A stretch of DNA of 64,000 nt from positions 83,080,001 through 83,144,000 of the forward strand of contig NC_043002.1 of NCBI RefSeq assembly GCF_006345805.1. The letters are read 5' to 3'. Shown here one piece after another: positions 11,441 to 24,398 of this stretch (positions are counted from its first letter, which is position 1; the number at the start of each line of letters is the position of its first letter). The position numbers and the translations under genes were made by a program. Origin of the DNA: Octopus sinensis (Eukaryota). The notes under the pieces are model-generated. The model had not been told where the DNA came from. It saw nothing but the letters and a program-made list of their open reading frames with translations, and ran no database searches.

Positions 11441-12703
11441 CAGGGGTTGGACAAAATGATGGATACACCTTAAAATTTCATACAAATAAATTTTCATATG
11501 AGGTAGGACCGCCTTTGGCAGTAATTACAGTTTGAATTCTACGAGGTATGGACTCAAACAAAGTTTAAATTATTTCCAAAGGTTTTTGTCCATTCTTCAG
11601 CTAAAAAGGGTTCCAGTTCTTGGAGTGATGATTGTGGAGGATATTGACTCCTAACTTGTTTTTTCTAAAATGCACCGTAAATGACCAAAATAATAATGAG
11701 ATCTGGGGACTGTGGTGGCCAGATAAAATGTTCAACTTCACTAGAATGTTCCTCGTGCCATTCAGTAACAACTTTAGCTGTGTGAATTGGTGCATTATCA
11801 TCCTGAAGGACTGCGTTTCCCTCCGGAAACAGTTCCGCAACCATAGAATGAATTTGATCTGAGAAAAAAGGCTTAAATAGTCTTGACTATTAATTCTGCC
11901 ATGAAGGGAAGCCATTGGGCTGGCGGATTTCCAAGCTCCCCAGATCATTATATATCATTATATATCCTTCTCCATGTTTAACAGTTGGATGAAGGCAGTC
12001 TGGGTCAAATGCTTCTTTTGGCTGTCTCCACACGTATACTCGGCCGGTGGTCGGAAATAAGGTAAAGGATGACTCGTCCGCGAAAATAACATTCCTCCAC
12101 TGCTCTAAGGACCAATTCTGTATGTAGGTTTTTACTCCACTCTAAACGCTTTGCAACGTTTGTTTTTGAAAGTAGTGATATTCTGGTTGCAGCTCACCAG
12201 TGAAATCCGGCTTTGTGCAGCTCCTGGCGAACAGTTTTTGTGGAAACTGGGTTCTCAAGGTGGCCATTAAACTCTGCAGTAATTTTGGGAGCTGTCCTTT
12301 TGTGATCCTTTCTAACAATACGCGTAAGAGTCTGAAAGGTTTGTTTTTCTTCCGGAGTTTTGATTCGACGAGGAGGTTTTCCCCTCTTTCTCAATAGGCT
12401 GTCATTACTTTCGAGAGAGTACTTCTTGATGCACCAAACATTTCGGCTGTTTTCGTTACGCTAGCGCCTGCCATACAAGCACCAACAGTTTGACCTCTTT
12501 GAAAGTCCGATAGTTCTGTAGTTTTAATGAATTTTAATTACTTTCTTCTGATAATATCTGAAAAGAAACAGTAATTTTAGAAAAATATATTAAGCAACAC
12601 TAATAATAAATCAAGAAAACATAAAAATAAACAAACTTTTGACGGTTAATAGCTATTTCAAAATTATGATGCTAGGTGTTTCCAATATTTTGTCCTACCC
12701 CTA
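11441..12703 (-). mobile_element. Tc1/mariner DNA transposon, degenerate transposase
   Basis: TIRs CAGGGGTTGGACAAAATGATGGATACACCT / AGGTGTTTCCAATATTTTGTCCTACCCCTA in a TA context. Motifs VSTKTVRQELHKAG, VIFADESSF, LQDDNAPIH, WPPQSPDL. Confidence 0.92.
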
Positions 12704-12723
12704 TATGTATATATAATATATAT

Positions 12724-12756
<33 letters not shown>

Positions 12757-12764
12757 TATATTTA

Positions 12765-12803
<39 letters not shown>

Positions 12804-12974
12804 CATATATATATATATACATATATTATACATATATATACATATATATATACATATGTATGTATGTATGTATGCATGTATGTATGTATGTGTGTGTATA
12901 CTTAGATATGTAAATATACATATATATATACATACGTATACACATACATATATATATTTAACTACACACGCACG

Positions 12975-13051
<77 letters not shown>

Positions 13052-13253
13052 TTATGGTTGTTTTTATTTGGCTATTTCGAAACGTTTACAATATTGAGAA
13101 CTCTGTTGACAGCTTTGAATGAGCATATTATGAAAACCTTGTAAACAAAATAGTTGAATACAATGTTTTGCTTTGCAACCCGCCTTTAACAAGCACAGCT
13201 AATTTCGTTGTCACGTTAGTCACGTTACTAGTAAAAAGAGTACTGGCCTACAC

Positions 13254-13526
13254 CAGTAGTTCCCAAACTTTTTCAGGCTACCGACCCTAGATACCCAGGC
13301 CACATTCCTAGCGCCTCCTCACACTCCCCACCACAAATATAGACAAATTCAAAACAACTGCATTTCACAAATAAAACTTAAACCTAATTAAGCTATTAAT
13401 ATATATATATATTTACATCTATCACCCTATTTTGGCCACCCCATTATCACCCCGCTTTTCTTCAACGCCCCCTGGATCTTTCCACCGCCCCCAAGGGGAC
13501 AGTACTGCCCACTTTCGGAACCATTG
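13254..13526. mobile_element. hAT-type MITE
   Basis: Ends CAGTAGTTCCCAAACTTT / CCACTTTCGGAACCATTG resemble CAGTGGTTCCCAAA-type hAT TIRs. No clear TSD. Confidence 0.55.
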
Positions 13527-13971
13527 GCCGTTCTGTTGTGATAAGTATCCCGCGTGGTGTGTACGCGATCCGGTTTCGCTTTCCTACTGAAAAAAACTCT
13601 TCACTTCTCTTCCAATTCTAATATTAATACTTTTAAAAGAATGATAAATGAGAGTGTGATGGTGAGGCATTGAATGATGTATCCTGATAGAAAATTCTCA
13701 GTCAAATGAAATTTTACTTTTAGTTGGGAAGAGCGCACGGAATTGTGGTTAGGTCACTGGCCTTTAGCTCATAAATGTAGTGAATTCGGTTCCTGGAGTG
13801 GAAGGCGTGTTTTGTCCCTAATCAAGGCTCTTCATTTCAAGTTGCTCCTGTCCATACAACTTAAAATTTGTACCAGCCTAGTTCTGGCGTACGCCTTTAT
13901 CGCTTTCAGCAATTAGAATCATAGGTGTCCCGCTGGGTGAATAGATGCGCGTGTCCAAAGCACCCACCCCA

Positions 13972-14020
<49 letters not shown>

Positions 14021-14133
14021 CTGTCCGACGAGGTTTTGTTGAATTTCTGCTGCTTTTAAATAAAGCATATTAGTCTACCCTTGGTATTTGAGTACTCTTT
14101 TTCCACCTTGTTTCACATTTATGTGTTTACTCC

Positions 14134-14190
<57 letters not shown>

Positions 14191-14369
14191 CGTTTAAATA
14201 TTGTTGTGCAAGATTTTTTATGTGAAGTCGTGTGTGTTGAAACAGATATTGTTATATTTCGGAATGGTCATATTGCCAGTTTAGCCAATAAAAACACACG
14301 CACTATATATTTGGTGTTATTTTGCTTCAGTGATATTTATTTTTTACATTAATCTTAATCTTATTTCGG

Positions 14370-14409
14370 CCAAAGTTCTTTCGTCACACTCCTGTGACCG
14401 CATCAGTGG
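14370..14409 (-). ncRNA. Minimal type I hammerhead-like motif in the 3' pseudo-LTR (A9 replaced by C)
   Basis: CCA-CTGATGC-G-GTCAC-loop-GTGAC-GAAA-GAAC-TT-TGG. Confidence 0.55.
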
Positions 14410-14731
14410 TCCTTGTTTTCTTCTCACTTATGTGGTCTCTCCTTACTAACCGTCAGCCATTTTGTATTTTTATTGTATGTCTTCATTGCGCATGCTTATA
14501 TCTCTATGTGCGTCTATGTTTATTTAGTGTGTGTGTGGGGGGATGCCTGCTGTAATATTTGTATCTTCGTTATATACGTTCTTGTAATTTGTATTTGTTT
14601 TTGTTGTTGTTGTTGCTTTTGTTCTAATTTTGTTCATGTGTTTACATCCACCCATTATTATCATTACATATGCTTGTATGTATGTATAAACAACAATATT
14701 AGTAATAATAATAATAAATCTAATCGAAAAA

Positions 14732-14770
<39 letters not shown>

Positions 14771-17700
14771 ATACACTATACATATATACACATATAACAC
14801 ATATACATACATAGATATATATAGTTATTCATTTCTATTTCTTTAATTATCTGTGTATTTATTATGTTTGCAGGATCCACTATCGTCATATGTTGTGGTG
14901 TGGTGCTATTGCTCCATTCTAGTTTTCTATTCAGGCTAGGTTTATTTTCTATTATATGTGTAGCTTCTGTAATTTGTCTAATTGTTGCATCTGTTCTATG
15001 TGTGGACAATATCTTAATCTCTATGTTATTGATTGATCCCCCGTGTTCCTGTTCGGCGTGTTGGTACAGAATCGATGAGCTCTTACCTTCCTTGAGTTGT
15101 TCATTCACCCGCTCTCCAATGCTTCTTGCTGTTTCCCCTACGTATGTTACTGTCTTGTTACTGCATCGTCCCTCTATACATCTTATACTATAGACCACAT
15201 TTCTGGCTTTACAGTTTGTTTGTGGGCTAAATCTACATACAGTGCAATAGTTATCCGTACAGAGGGTTCTACTAAAAGGATAGGTTCTACCAATTATAGA
15301 TCTGATAGGGTTGCCTGGCTTTTCAACAACCTTAATTCTTAGTTTAAGTTTATCTAGGGTCCTTCTAAAGCGGTACACCAGTTCACCTCCAGGGGTGGTG
15401 TCAACGAACATGACACTCTGGTATTTATGGCTATCATACCAAGAGTTGGCCTTCCCTATTTTCTTTTTTGTCCTTTTTATATAGTGTTCCATGACTTGTT
15501 CCTATACAGTGGGCAAATCCCATTCCTATCATTACATAATATATTATCAAATTTCTTCATGGCTCCTTTGTATACTCTGATCCTTTCTTTATGGCTGTAA
15601 CCTGAGAACTGCATGCGGTGAATGAAATACTGTATGTGTCTCTTTAATTCTGTAGGCTCGCACATGCGTGACACATTTCTCATTATTCTGACGAGGTCTG
15701 CCATCAAAATATTGAATTTGGCATTGCCCGCAATGGCTGAGTTCCGGTGGATCAGGTATTTTGAGGCCATAGGTTTTGCATAGTATGAATGAAGGATTTG
15801 GGTTTTATTTTTCACAATTTCTAGCCAGAGTTCAGTGTCTAGTACTGGTAGTCTATGGTTGGGTGTGTTTAGTGGGGTAGTCTATTGTGACCTTAATACT
15901 CTGGTGGATGGAGTTAGCTATTTGCTGGATGCTCTCCATAGTATTAGTTTCTATTACTATATCAACATTACTCTCTGTGAGGGTGCCTTTACTACTACGT
16001 TGATATCATCAACATAGCGAGAGTACATGTTTACGAGTATGGATTTCTGCAGTAGGCTTCTTTAAGCCTTCTGTCCCACCATACCATGAAGAGGTTGGCC
16101 ACATCACCAGCGATACTAACACCGATGGCTGCCCCCTCGTCCTGGGCATATATTTTATTATTAAATTTAAATGTGTGGCCTTTTAGGGTAACTCTTATAC
16201 TAGCTCCTAGTGCATGTGCGATCATTTTCTTTACCTGATGGACATTTGCGGGGCTCCGTATGGCTCTGGTCCATCCGCGCCATCTTTCTATATGTGTCTT
16301 CCTAGCCATAGAAGTAATTGTAGGCGGTCTACCTCTTAAACATCTACTGGGGCAGAAACTACTAAGATTATGTTTATCTAAGTATTCACTATTATATGTC
16401 AGTCTAAGTAGGAGGCCCAGTTCTTCAGTGTCGACATTACAGAACTCCACCTGGCTCTCCTTGATCATCTCCACGCACTTCTCCACTGCAAAATCTACGT
16501 CAATCGATGGGTATAGGGATACCACATCCATGCTACCTACTATACATCCTGTCAAGTCACAAGTTTTGTTACAGTCACTGATCCTGCTTAGGAGATCTTC
16601 TGTGCTGTCACACACATCAGGTGACATCCTGATTATAGGGCGTATGATCATTGAGAGGAAGTAGGAGATTCTGTAATTGCTAGCGATATTCGCTCCACAG
16701 ACTGGTCTTGTTGGTGGTCCTGCTATAGGGTCAGTAAAAACTTTATGGTCCTTGCGAAGTCCATACAGTGCCGGGATATCATTGTTCCAGGCTTGGAAAT
16801 TCTTTGCAGTACGTTTCTGGGGTCCCAGAACAATTGTCCACATCATCATGTGGGCATTGAGGACCTTTTCTCTCTCCTCATGCGCTGTACAGTTGTTACT
16901 TTTGTATTGGCGATATGAGGTTGCATTGCCTGGATGTAGTTCGGTAAGCTGTCTATTGACATCCTGCCGGACTTATCTGTGGGAAGGCATATCACCTCTC
17001 CGTTCCTCGTGCGCTGAATGAGCTTCTGTAGGCCACATGCGGTTTAATCCCGAGTTGTTGGGCATCTGTCTTATTCTGTCTCTGTCTCTTAATGTATAAT
17101 CCTAAAATCTGTCTAAGTTTGGTCCTAGCTATAGTGAACTGTGCTTCCATGTGGTCATTAGTACGTCTTGGGATGTATACTCTTTTGTTGAAGGGTAATG
17201 TTGTTGATAAATTCGGTTCATGCAGTAAGTTTTGTCGCATACGTTGAAGAATTGAGTGTCAAAGGGATGGGTATACATGTCAATGGTCTCTCTAGGGTTA
17301 TCTTCATTATCGTTACTGTTTCCAACATCAGCCTTCCTATTATTATTATCACCATTACCACTACTACTAGTATATTCCTATTACCACCACACTATCACTA
17401 CTATCCTCATACTACTACTTCTACTGTTACCATCACCACTACTACTACCACTATTATTGTTATTACCTTATTCCTACCATTGCCATTATTACTATCATCG
17501 CTAGTGATATATTCATTGTTCCTGTTTCTGGTATATGTGTTGTTTATATTAGTGTTGGGTTTTGTCTGTCTGTTGGTCCCTGTCATTCCCTGTTGCGGTC
17601 GTTATTTTTGTTCCTATGAGTATTGTTATCTGTTTCAAGTCTGCTGACTCCCTGTCCAAGGATCCTGTTGCATTCAACTTTATTCTCCATCGTGACCCCC

Positions 17701-18884
17701 ATGACACAACTTTTATTCGTGTCTTTGTGACTATGGCTATCTGTGTGTGTGTTTGTGTGTCGGTTCTCCCTATAATTGTTGTTGTTGTTGCTGTTGTATA
17801 CGATTTTTCTCTCTCTGTTTGTGTTTTTGTTTTTGTATCTATTGTTTGTGTCTATGCATACATTTTTTCTATTGTTGTTGTTGTTGCCGCTGTTAGGGTT
17901 CGTGTTGTTGTTGTTGCCGCTGTTAGGGTTCGTGTTGCTTTTGTTGCTACGGTTGTTATTGTTGCGGTCATTATTGTTTGTGTTGTTGTTGCTGCGGTTA
18001 GTGTTTTTCGCGTTGTTGTTGTTGTCGCAAGTGTTGTTGTCATAGTATCTATTTAAATTCCAACGTATTTTTGTGAACGACTTTTCAATCTCGGACAGGC
18101 ATTTGATGGTATTCACCTTACTATACACTGCATACTTTGGTGGTAGTTGAAGTATCGATATTTCATCTGGGTCCGTTGTTACTCCCCCATAGATGTTCGC
18201 TTCATTGTTTTTATTGAACTCTTCTGGTAGTAGCACATCTTCCATATTAATTCCATTTATTGTATCTGGATACTTCTGCTTTTCTTCCTTTGCGAGCTCA
18301 TATTGACGTTTCTGTTTCAACCACGATAACTTCCTCTTAAAATGGATTTGCATTGGTGTATTACATGTCTGTTTTTTCTTCATATATTATATCCATTAGT
18401 AAGGTTTTCTCCTTTCGTGTGGTGATACTTTTAATTTCTTTTAAAAATATACGTTTACACTTCTCTTGTTCGCTGAGCTCTCTGTATATTCTATTTCTAA
18501 TATTTACCATTAGCGTCCTTTTTAGTCTTTCCGCTTGTCCGTTAGTGAGGTCAAGCCGTTTAACGTTGGCTGTGACCTTGTTGATACATATCCTGGACGA
18601 GACACATTGTTTTATAAAACGAAGCTGTTGCGTTGTCACAGTTTTCTTTAGGCAACAAAATATAGTGTTCTTCAGCATCTTGCAAGCCTGGCTGTGGCTC
18701 ACGTTAGTACGTTTAAATATTTGTTGTGCAAGATTTTTTATGTGAAGTCGTGTGTTTAAACAGATATTGTTATATTTCGGAATGGTCATATTGCCAGTTT
18801 AGCCAATAAAAACCACGCACTATATATTTGGTGTTATTTTGCTTCAGTGATATTATTTTTTACATTAATCTTATCTTATTTCGG

Positions 18885-18922
18885 CCAAAGTTCTTCGTCA
18901 CACTCTGTGACCGCATCAGTGG
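18885..18922 (-). ncRNA. Hammerhead-like motif in the 5' pseudo-LTR (one core A missing)
   Basis: Same motif as 14370-14409 but GAA instead of GAAA. Confidence 0.45.
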
Positions 18923-19666
18923 TCCCTTTTTTTCTTCTCACTTATTTGTGTCTCTCCTTACTAACCGTCAGCCATTTTGTATTTCTATTGTATGTCTTCA
19001 TTTGCGCATGCTTATATCTCTATGTGCGTCTATGTTTATTTAGTGTGTGGGTGGGGGGGATGCCTGTAATATTTGTATCTTCTGTTTATATACGTTCTTG
19101 TAATTTGTATTTTGTTTTTGTTGTTGTTGCTTTTGTTCTAATTTTGTTCATGTGTTTACATTTCAGTTTCCTTTGTGTTCCGAGTTCAGATCACATCATG
19201 AACTACTCGGATGGTAGACTTAATCTGTCACCCGGTTCAACACCATCAGCTGACATCTTTTACGTTCTTTTATTTCTTTTTAGCTGCATTCACTCTGTTG
19301 CGGGTAATCAGGTTTCAGAAACAAGGATACTTTCCCCTTTCTTTCCTACCAGTCTCAGTGTCACTGTATAGGACTTAAGTACTACCTTTCTCTCTCGACT
19401 AAGATAACAAAAAAAAAAGACGAAAAAACAGAGGTGAAACATTAAGGGACACTCCCAGCCAGTCGCTTAAAACATTTTTACTTATTTTTTCCTTGCGGTG
19501 CAGGGGTCCCCAAACATATCCCAAAATAGGACCCTCAAACGATTCTCCCCAATCCCTGAAAACACACACATATACACACACACGGAACTCGTACATGTAT
19601 TTTATTCACAACTCACGATGCCCTAATTATAATAATACAATAAATGAAACAATTATTGCTTCAGAG

Positions 19667-20336
19667 CAGAGGTTCTCAACCCATTTTTTTTACCTATGGA
19701 GCCCTTTGATACCTATGGACCCTCACAGTTATCTGATGTTTTAAAAAGCCTTATTATATATTCTATGGAATTTTATGAGAAAATTGTTTAAAACTTTTGT
19801 GTATTGTAGAAATATAATCACGTTATTCTTTACTACTCTAGGCACAAGGCACAAAATTTTCGGGGAGGGGGCTAATCGATTAGATCGACCCCAGTACGTA
19901 ACTGGTACTTAATTTATCGACCCCGGAAGGATGAAAGGCAAAGTCGACCTCGGCGGAATTTGAACTCAGAACGTAAAGACAGACAAAATACCGCCAAGCA
20001 TTTCGCCCGGTGTGCTAACGTTTCTTATTTCTTTATTGCCCACAAGGGGCTAAACATAGAGGGGACAAACAAGGACTGACAAAGGGATTAAGTCGATTAG
20101 ATCGACCCCAGTGCGTAACTGGTACTTAATTTATCGACCCCGAAAGGATGAAAGGCAAAGTCGACCTCGGCGGAATTTGAACTCAGAACGTAAAGACAGA
20201 CGAAATACCGCCAAGCATTTCGCCCGGTGTGCTAACGATTCTGCCAGTTCGCCGCCTTCGTTTCTGCCATAAATTTTAACAACAAAGTCTTATGTGAACC
20301 CTTAAAGGTCATAAGGACCCTAGTTGAGAACCACTG
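19667..20336. mobile_element. hAT-type MITE hosting nested SINEs
   Basis: TIR CAGAGGTTCTCAAC / GTTGAGAACCACTG. 8-bp TSD CTTCAGAG / CTTTAGAG. Confidence 0.85.
19846..20269 (-). mobile_element. SINE family B (long tail) inserted in the head of an older family B copy
   Basis: Full copy 20035-20258 bounded by 6-bp duplication CGTTTC (20029-20034 / 20259-20264). The target head remnant TGGCAGAAACG lies outside it. Confidence 0.9.
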
Positions 20337-20339
20337 CTT

Positions 20340-20387
<48 letters not shown>

Positions 20388-20650
20388 ATTAATATATAAT
20401 AGAAAATATATAACTTGTTATTAATGATGGAAGCAGTATTAATACCAAAAGACAATTTTTATATCCAACTAAACATGAATGCCTAGTTAGAATATCGAAT
20501 ACTGCGATATTAGCCTTGAGAGATCCTCTCATACAGGCGGTTGGTGTATAAAAGCACAAACATAGATCGTAGGAGACGAATGGTGAAAAAATTGTTATTA
20601 TGAACGTGTAGTTTACTTCTGGTGATTTACTATCAGAGGAGAAAAATCTT

Positions 20651-21141
20651 GGATCTTTTCGGTTTGAACAGCAGTTTTTAACATAATTTCTAGGCAACTA
20701 AAAAATTTTAAACTTCGTATACTGGTAGAATGTGTTTATAAAGCATCTTTTTCTCTTGGCTTTATTGAGAAAATTCTATAGTTTGTAAGATATTTGTTGC
20801 TTTTTTCTTCAATTTCTGCAATTTCAACCAATCAGTGACGTCTATTCAGGTAAAAAACATTCTGTGCCGTATGAATATGTCCCTCGTTTAAGAAACAGAT
20901 TGGGTTTATTTACATTTGTGAAGAAAAATAAGATACCCTTCCCCCCACCCCTAACCCTAACCCTAACTAACCCTAACCCTAAAATAGATTGAAATGCAAT
21001 AGATCGATACTAGGGTCATAATTATGGGTGACAATTTCATATGACACCGCTAGAAAAAACTGCCGTTCAAACCGAAAAGATCCAAAATCTCTTCTGGATT
21101 AAACTAAGTTAAGTTGAAGAACATGCATACCTAAATCTTTT
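20651..21141. mobile_element. Second copy of the inverted-repeat element with (CCCTAA)n
   Basis: Aligns to 6078-6550 including the identical extension beyond the right inverted repeat. Confidence 0.85.
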
Positions 21142-21649
21142 TTCTCTGACATAATATAAAATTCTTAAAGTTTTTAGTCGTTGGCAGTCATGTATAGCAC
21201 TATTTCATCTTCCCTTGGAATCGCCAACACGGCATAACTCGAGACACAAATAAATTAAGCTAAATTCAATATTCTGCGAAGTTTCTTAAAAAGAAAGGAA
21301 GTGTCTTAGAAAAATAGTTCATAGTTTTAGAAACATATTTCTTCCCTTTTCTTTTTATCTTAAGTCGTAAACTGCGTAGCTGTAGAGAAACTAAAGGATT
21401 TAATTTTCGTGAAATACACTTTATTTGGCGGCGCCCTGCTGCGGGTTGCACACATTGATATATCCGTCTCTAAACAGATCTTTTATCTGGTTCTACTGCG
21501 ATACACTCCTTCACGTTAATTTTTTCTTTTTGATTACTTAGACTTATTTCTGTTTTCAGCAATCAATGGATTTTGACATTTAAAGAGGATTGGTCTCTTA
21601 TTTACAAAGCTATATAAATTGTTGGCTCACACATTTCTTTTTCTCTTTG

Positions 21650-21866
21650 ATCTCTTACTGGACTGCAGCCATTCTGGAGCACACTCTTGAAGAGTTTTAG
21701 CCGAAGAAATTGGCTTCAGTACTTATTTTAAAGTCTGGTATTTATCATATCGTTCTCTATTGCCGAAGCGCTAGATTACGGGGTCGTAAATAAACAAGCA
21801 CTGGTTGTTAAGTGGTGTGGGGAACAGAGACACAAAGACCTGCGCACGCACGCACATACACTCACG

Positions 21867-21901
<35 letters not shown>

Positions 21902-22098
21902 ACACACACACACGCACATACACACACACATGTATACGACGGGTTTCTTTCAGTTTCCGTCTATCAAATCCACTCACAAAGGTTTTGCTCGGCCTGGGGC
22001 TATAGTAGAAGACACTTAGCCAAGGTGCTACGCAATGGGATTGAACCCGGAAGCATGTGGTTGGGATGCATGCATCTTACCACACAGCCACGCCTGAG
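21650..22098 (-). mobile_element. SINE family A
   Basis: Family consensus match. Confidence 0.85.
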
Positions 22099-22229
22099 CC
22101 TATCAGTGTGACCGAAACGAAAGATTTCGATATTCTAAGCTTGTTTTCATTTGCATGCAGTGGTGTAACGTGTGCATGCGCGTGCGTGCACACACATACA
22201 CACACATACAAATACATACATATGTATGC

Positions 22230-22314
<85 letters not shown>

Positions 22315-22442
22315 ACACCCTAAATACATTTTTATTTGTACAATTATTCCATTATTTCCCTTTATACTCATTTCCATCCTTTTCCAGAATGACACCTTAT
22401 ATTGAGTTCTACTATTTCCCCCTATTTAACCATCTCACATCT

Positions 22443-22488
22443 TCTCTGATGAAGGAATATCCCTAATATCCCAGAAACAGCTGTAAGA
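22443..22488 (+). ncRNA. Minimal type I hammerhead ribozyme with palindromic stem III, in a solo repeat between (TA)n tracts
   Basis: TCT-CTGATGA-A-GGAATAT-CCCTA-ATATCC-CA-GAAA-CAGCTGT-A-AGA. The core is intact. Confidence 0.65.
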
Positions 22489-22715
22489 CTAACTTTCTCT
22501 TTATAAATGTCCTGAAAATTCCACACAGCCTTGGCTTTGCTGTTTCATTTTATTTAACATATACATGCTCATACAAGACCCACATTAGACTCCTCACTCA
22601 TATTATTATCAAACCGGGAGCTTAACTATGCTTCTTCCATGGCACTTACATAGCTTTACGTGCTACCTTGGGTCTTCTGGATACCAATACCTCTCATATA
22701 TATATATATATTATA

Positions 22716-22763
<48 letters not shown>

Positions 22764-22789
22764 TATATATAATAACAATTTAACAAATA

Positions 22790-22873
22790 AAACATGCATA
22801 CATATATGTACATACCTACATCTATATGTATATATACATGCATATATATATAATATATATATATATAATATAT

Positions 22874-22920
<47 letters not shown>

Positions 22921-23106
22921 GTGTGTGTGTGTGTGTGTGAGTACAGGACACCACAAATAAATTAGAACACAACGGAAACGAAAACATAAAATCAAACAAG
23001 GAAACGGACTTTTTTTAACAACGAAAAAACAGAGGACAAGACAAAAAATACAAAGAATATTCCCCTTCATCAGCTGCCCCTGGTTCGACTCAATGCGTGT
23101 GTTTCG

Positions 23107-23110
<4 letters not shown>
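22790..23110 (-). mobile_element. Family H1 repeat, 5'-truncated inside the hammerhead motif
   Basis: Reverse complement CCTTC-GAAACAC...AGGGGCAG-CTGATGA-AGGGG, joined upstream to (TA)n. Confidence 0.7.
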
Positions 23111-23141
<31 letters not shown>

Positions 23142-23420
23142 ATATAATAAGAGTAAATAATAGTTTTAATAGTTTAAAAAAAAAACAACAATAATTATTT
23201 ACGGGTAGATTTCGGCATGTAAATATAACCATTAACGGTAGGAACTTTTATAAAAAAAAGTTCAATATATATTTTGTATATGTCGTATGTGAAGTTTCAT
23301 TTGTAGAAAATAGAAATAAACAGTCTTTGACTGCTGTTTCTAATTTTTCGGTATGTAGCTAAGCAACCTGTTGCCTGCCCCTTTATATATATAAGGTCCA
23401 TTGGTCCCTTACATATATAT

Positions 23421-23462
<42 letters not shown>

Positions 23463-24017
23463 ATATAATATATATATATATATGTAAGGACCAATGGACC
23501 TTTCCAAGTCATAGACTCATCAAACCGGTTTCTCGGATTCCATGGCATATATATTACTCACAGTTCGCCGCAGGCTTACTAATTTTTGCCAGCTGAATGG
23601 ACTGGAGTACGGACGTTACAGGAGTAAGAACACAGCGCATCGCCCGGTCCAGGAAACGATACCACAATCTTACGATCATGCGTAGAACTCTCTAATCCCT
23701 AAATCATGCTCTTCCATACATACACACGCGCGCACACACACACACACACATGTACACACAAATATATGTATGTCTTTCGTAAGCGGTGTCTTCGGACCAT
23801 TTGCAGATACACCCTGCATGACAGAATTTTGAAAATTGACATATTCTCTAAATGTAAACTTGGTGGTATTGAATCTTTTCGATTGCTATCCTAATTAAGA
23901 TGGATTGGTCATGTTGTCCGAATGATTTGTGACGACACAATTCCAACAGTTCTGATGTATGGCCAGCTCCATGGTCGAAAGAGAAGCCCAGAAAGACCAT
24001 AGCATATGTACAAGGGT

Positions 24018-24398
24018 GGAGGCGCAATGGCCCAGTGGTTAGGGCAGCGGACTCGCGGTCGTAGGATCGCGGTTTCGATTCCCAGACCGGGCGTTGTGAG
24101 TGTTTATTGAGCGAAAACACCTAAAGCTCCACGAGGCTCCGGCAGGGATGGTGGTGATCCCTGCTGTACTCTTTCACCACAACTTTCTCTCACTCTTACT
24201 TCCTGTTTCTGTTGTACCTGTATTTCAAAGGGCCGGCCTTGTCACTCTCTGTGTCACGCTGAATATCCCCGAGAACTACGTTAAGGGTACACGTGTCTGT
24301 GGAGTGCTCAGCCACTTACACGTTAATTTCACGAGCAGGCTGTTCCGTTGATCGGATCAATCGGAACCCTCATCGTCGTAACCGACGGAATGCTTCCA
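24018..24398 (+). mobile_element. tRNA-derived SINE family C (tail type 1)
   Basis: A-box TGGCCCAGTGGTTAG, B-box GGTTTCGATTCC. The 5' half is shared with 61288-61570. Confidence 0.85.

Larger units (their letters stand above)
14191..19161 (-). mobile_element. Penelope-like retroelement, near complete, with direct pseudo-LTRs
   Basis: Direct repeats at 14191-14647 and 18710-19161. Frameshifted ORF 18789-14776 with TDKSG, RT motifs SMDVVSLYPSI, QDEGAAIG, YSRYVDDI (16002-16025), Cys linker CTDNYCTVC, GIY-YIG VVYSIRC..C..TYVGETARS and HAEQEH. Confidence 0.93.

Noticed and set aside
24018-24090. tRNA gene (also 10756, 25982, 59041 and 62731)
   Set aside because: A and B boxes are present, but the cloverleaf is not maintained and each runs into a SINE body.
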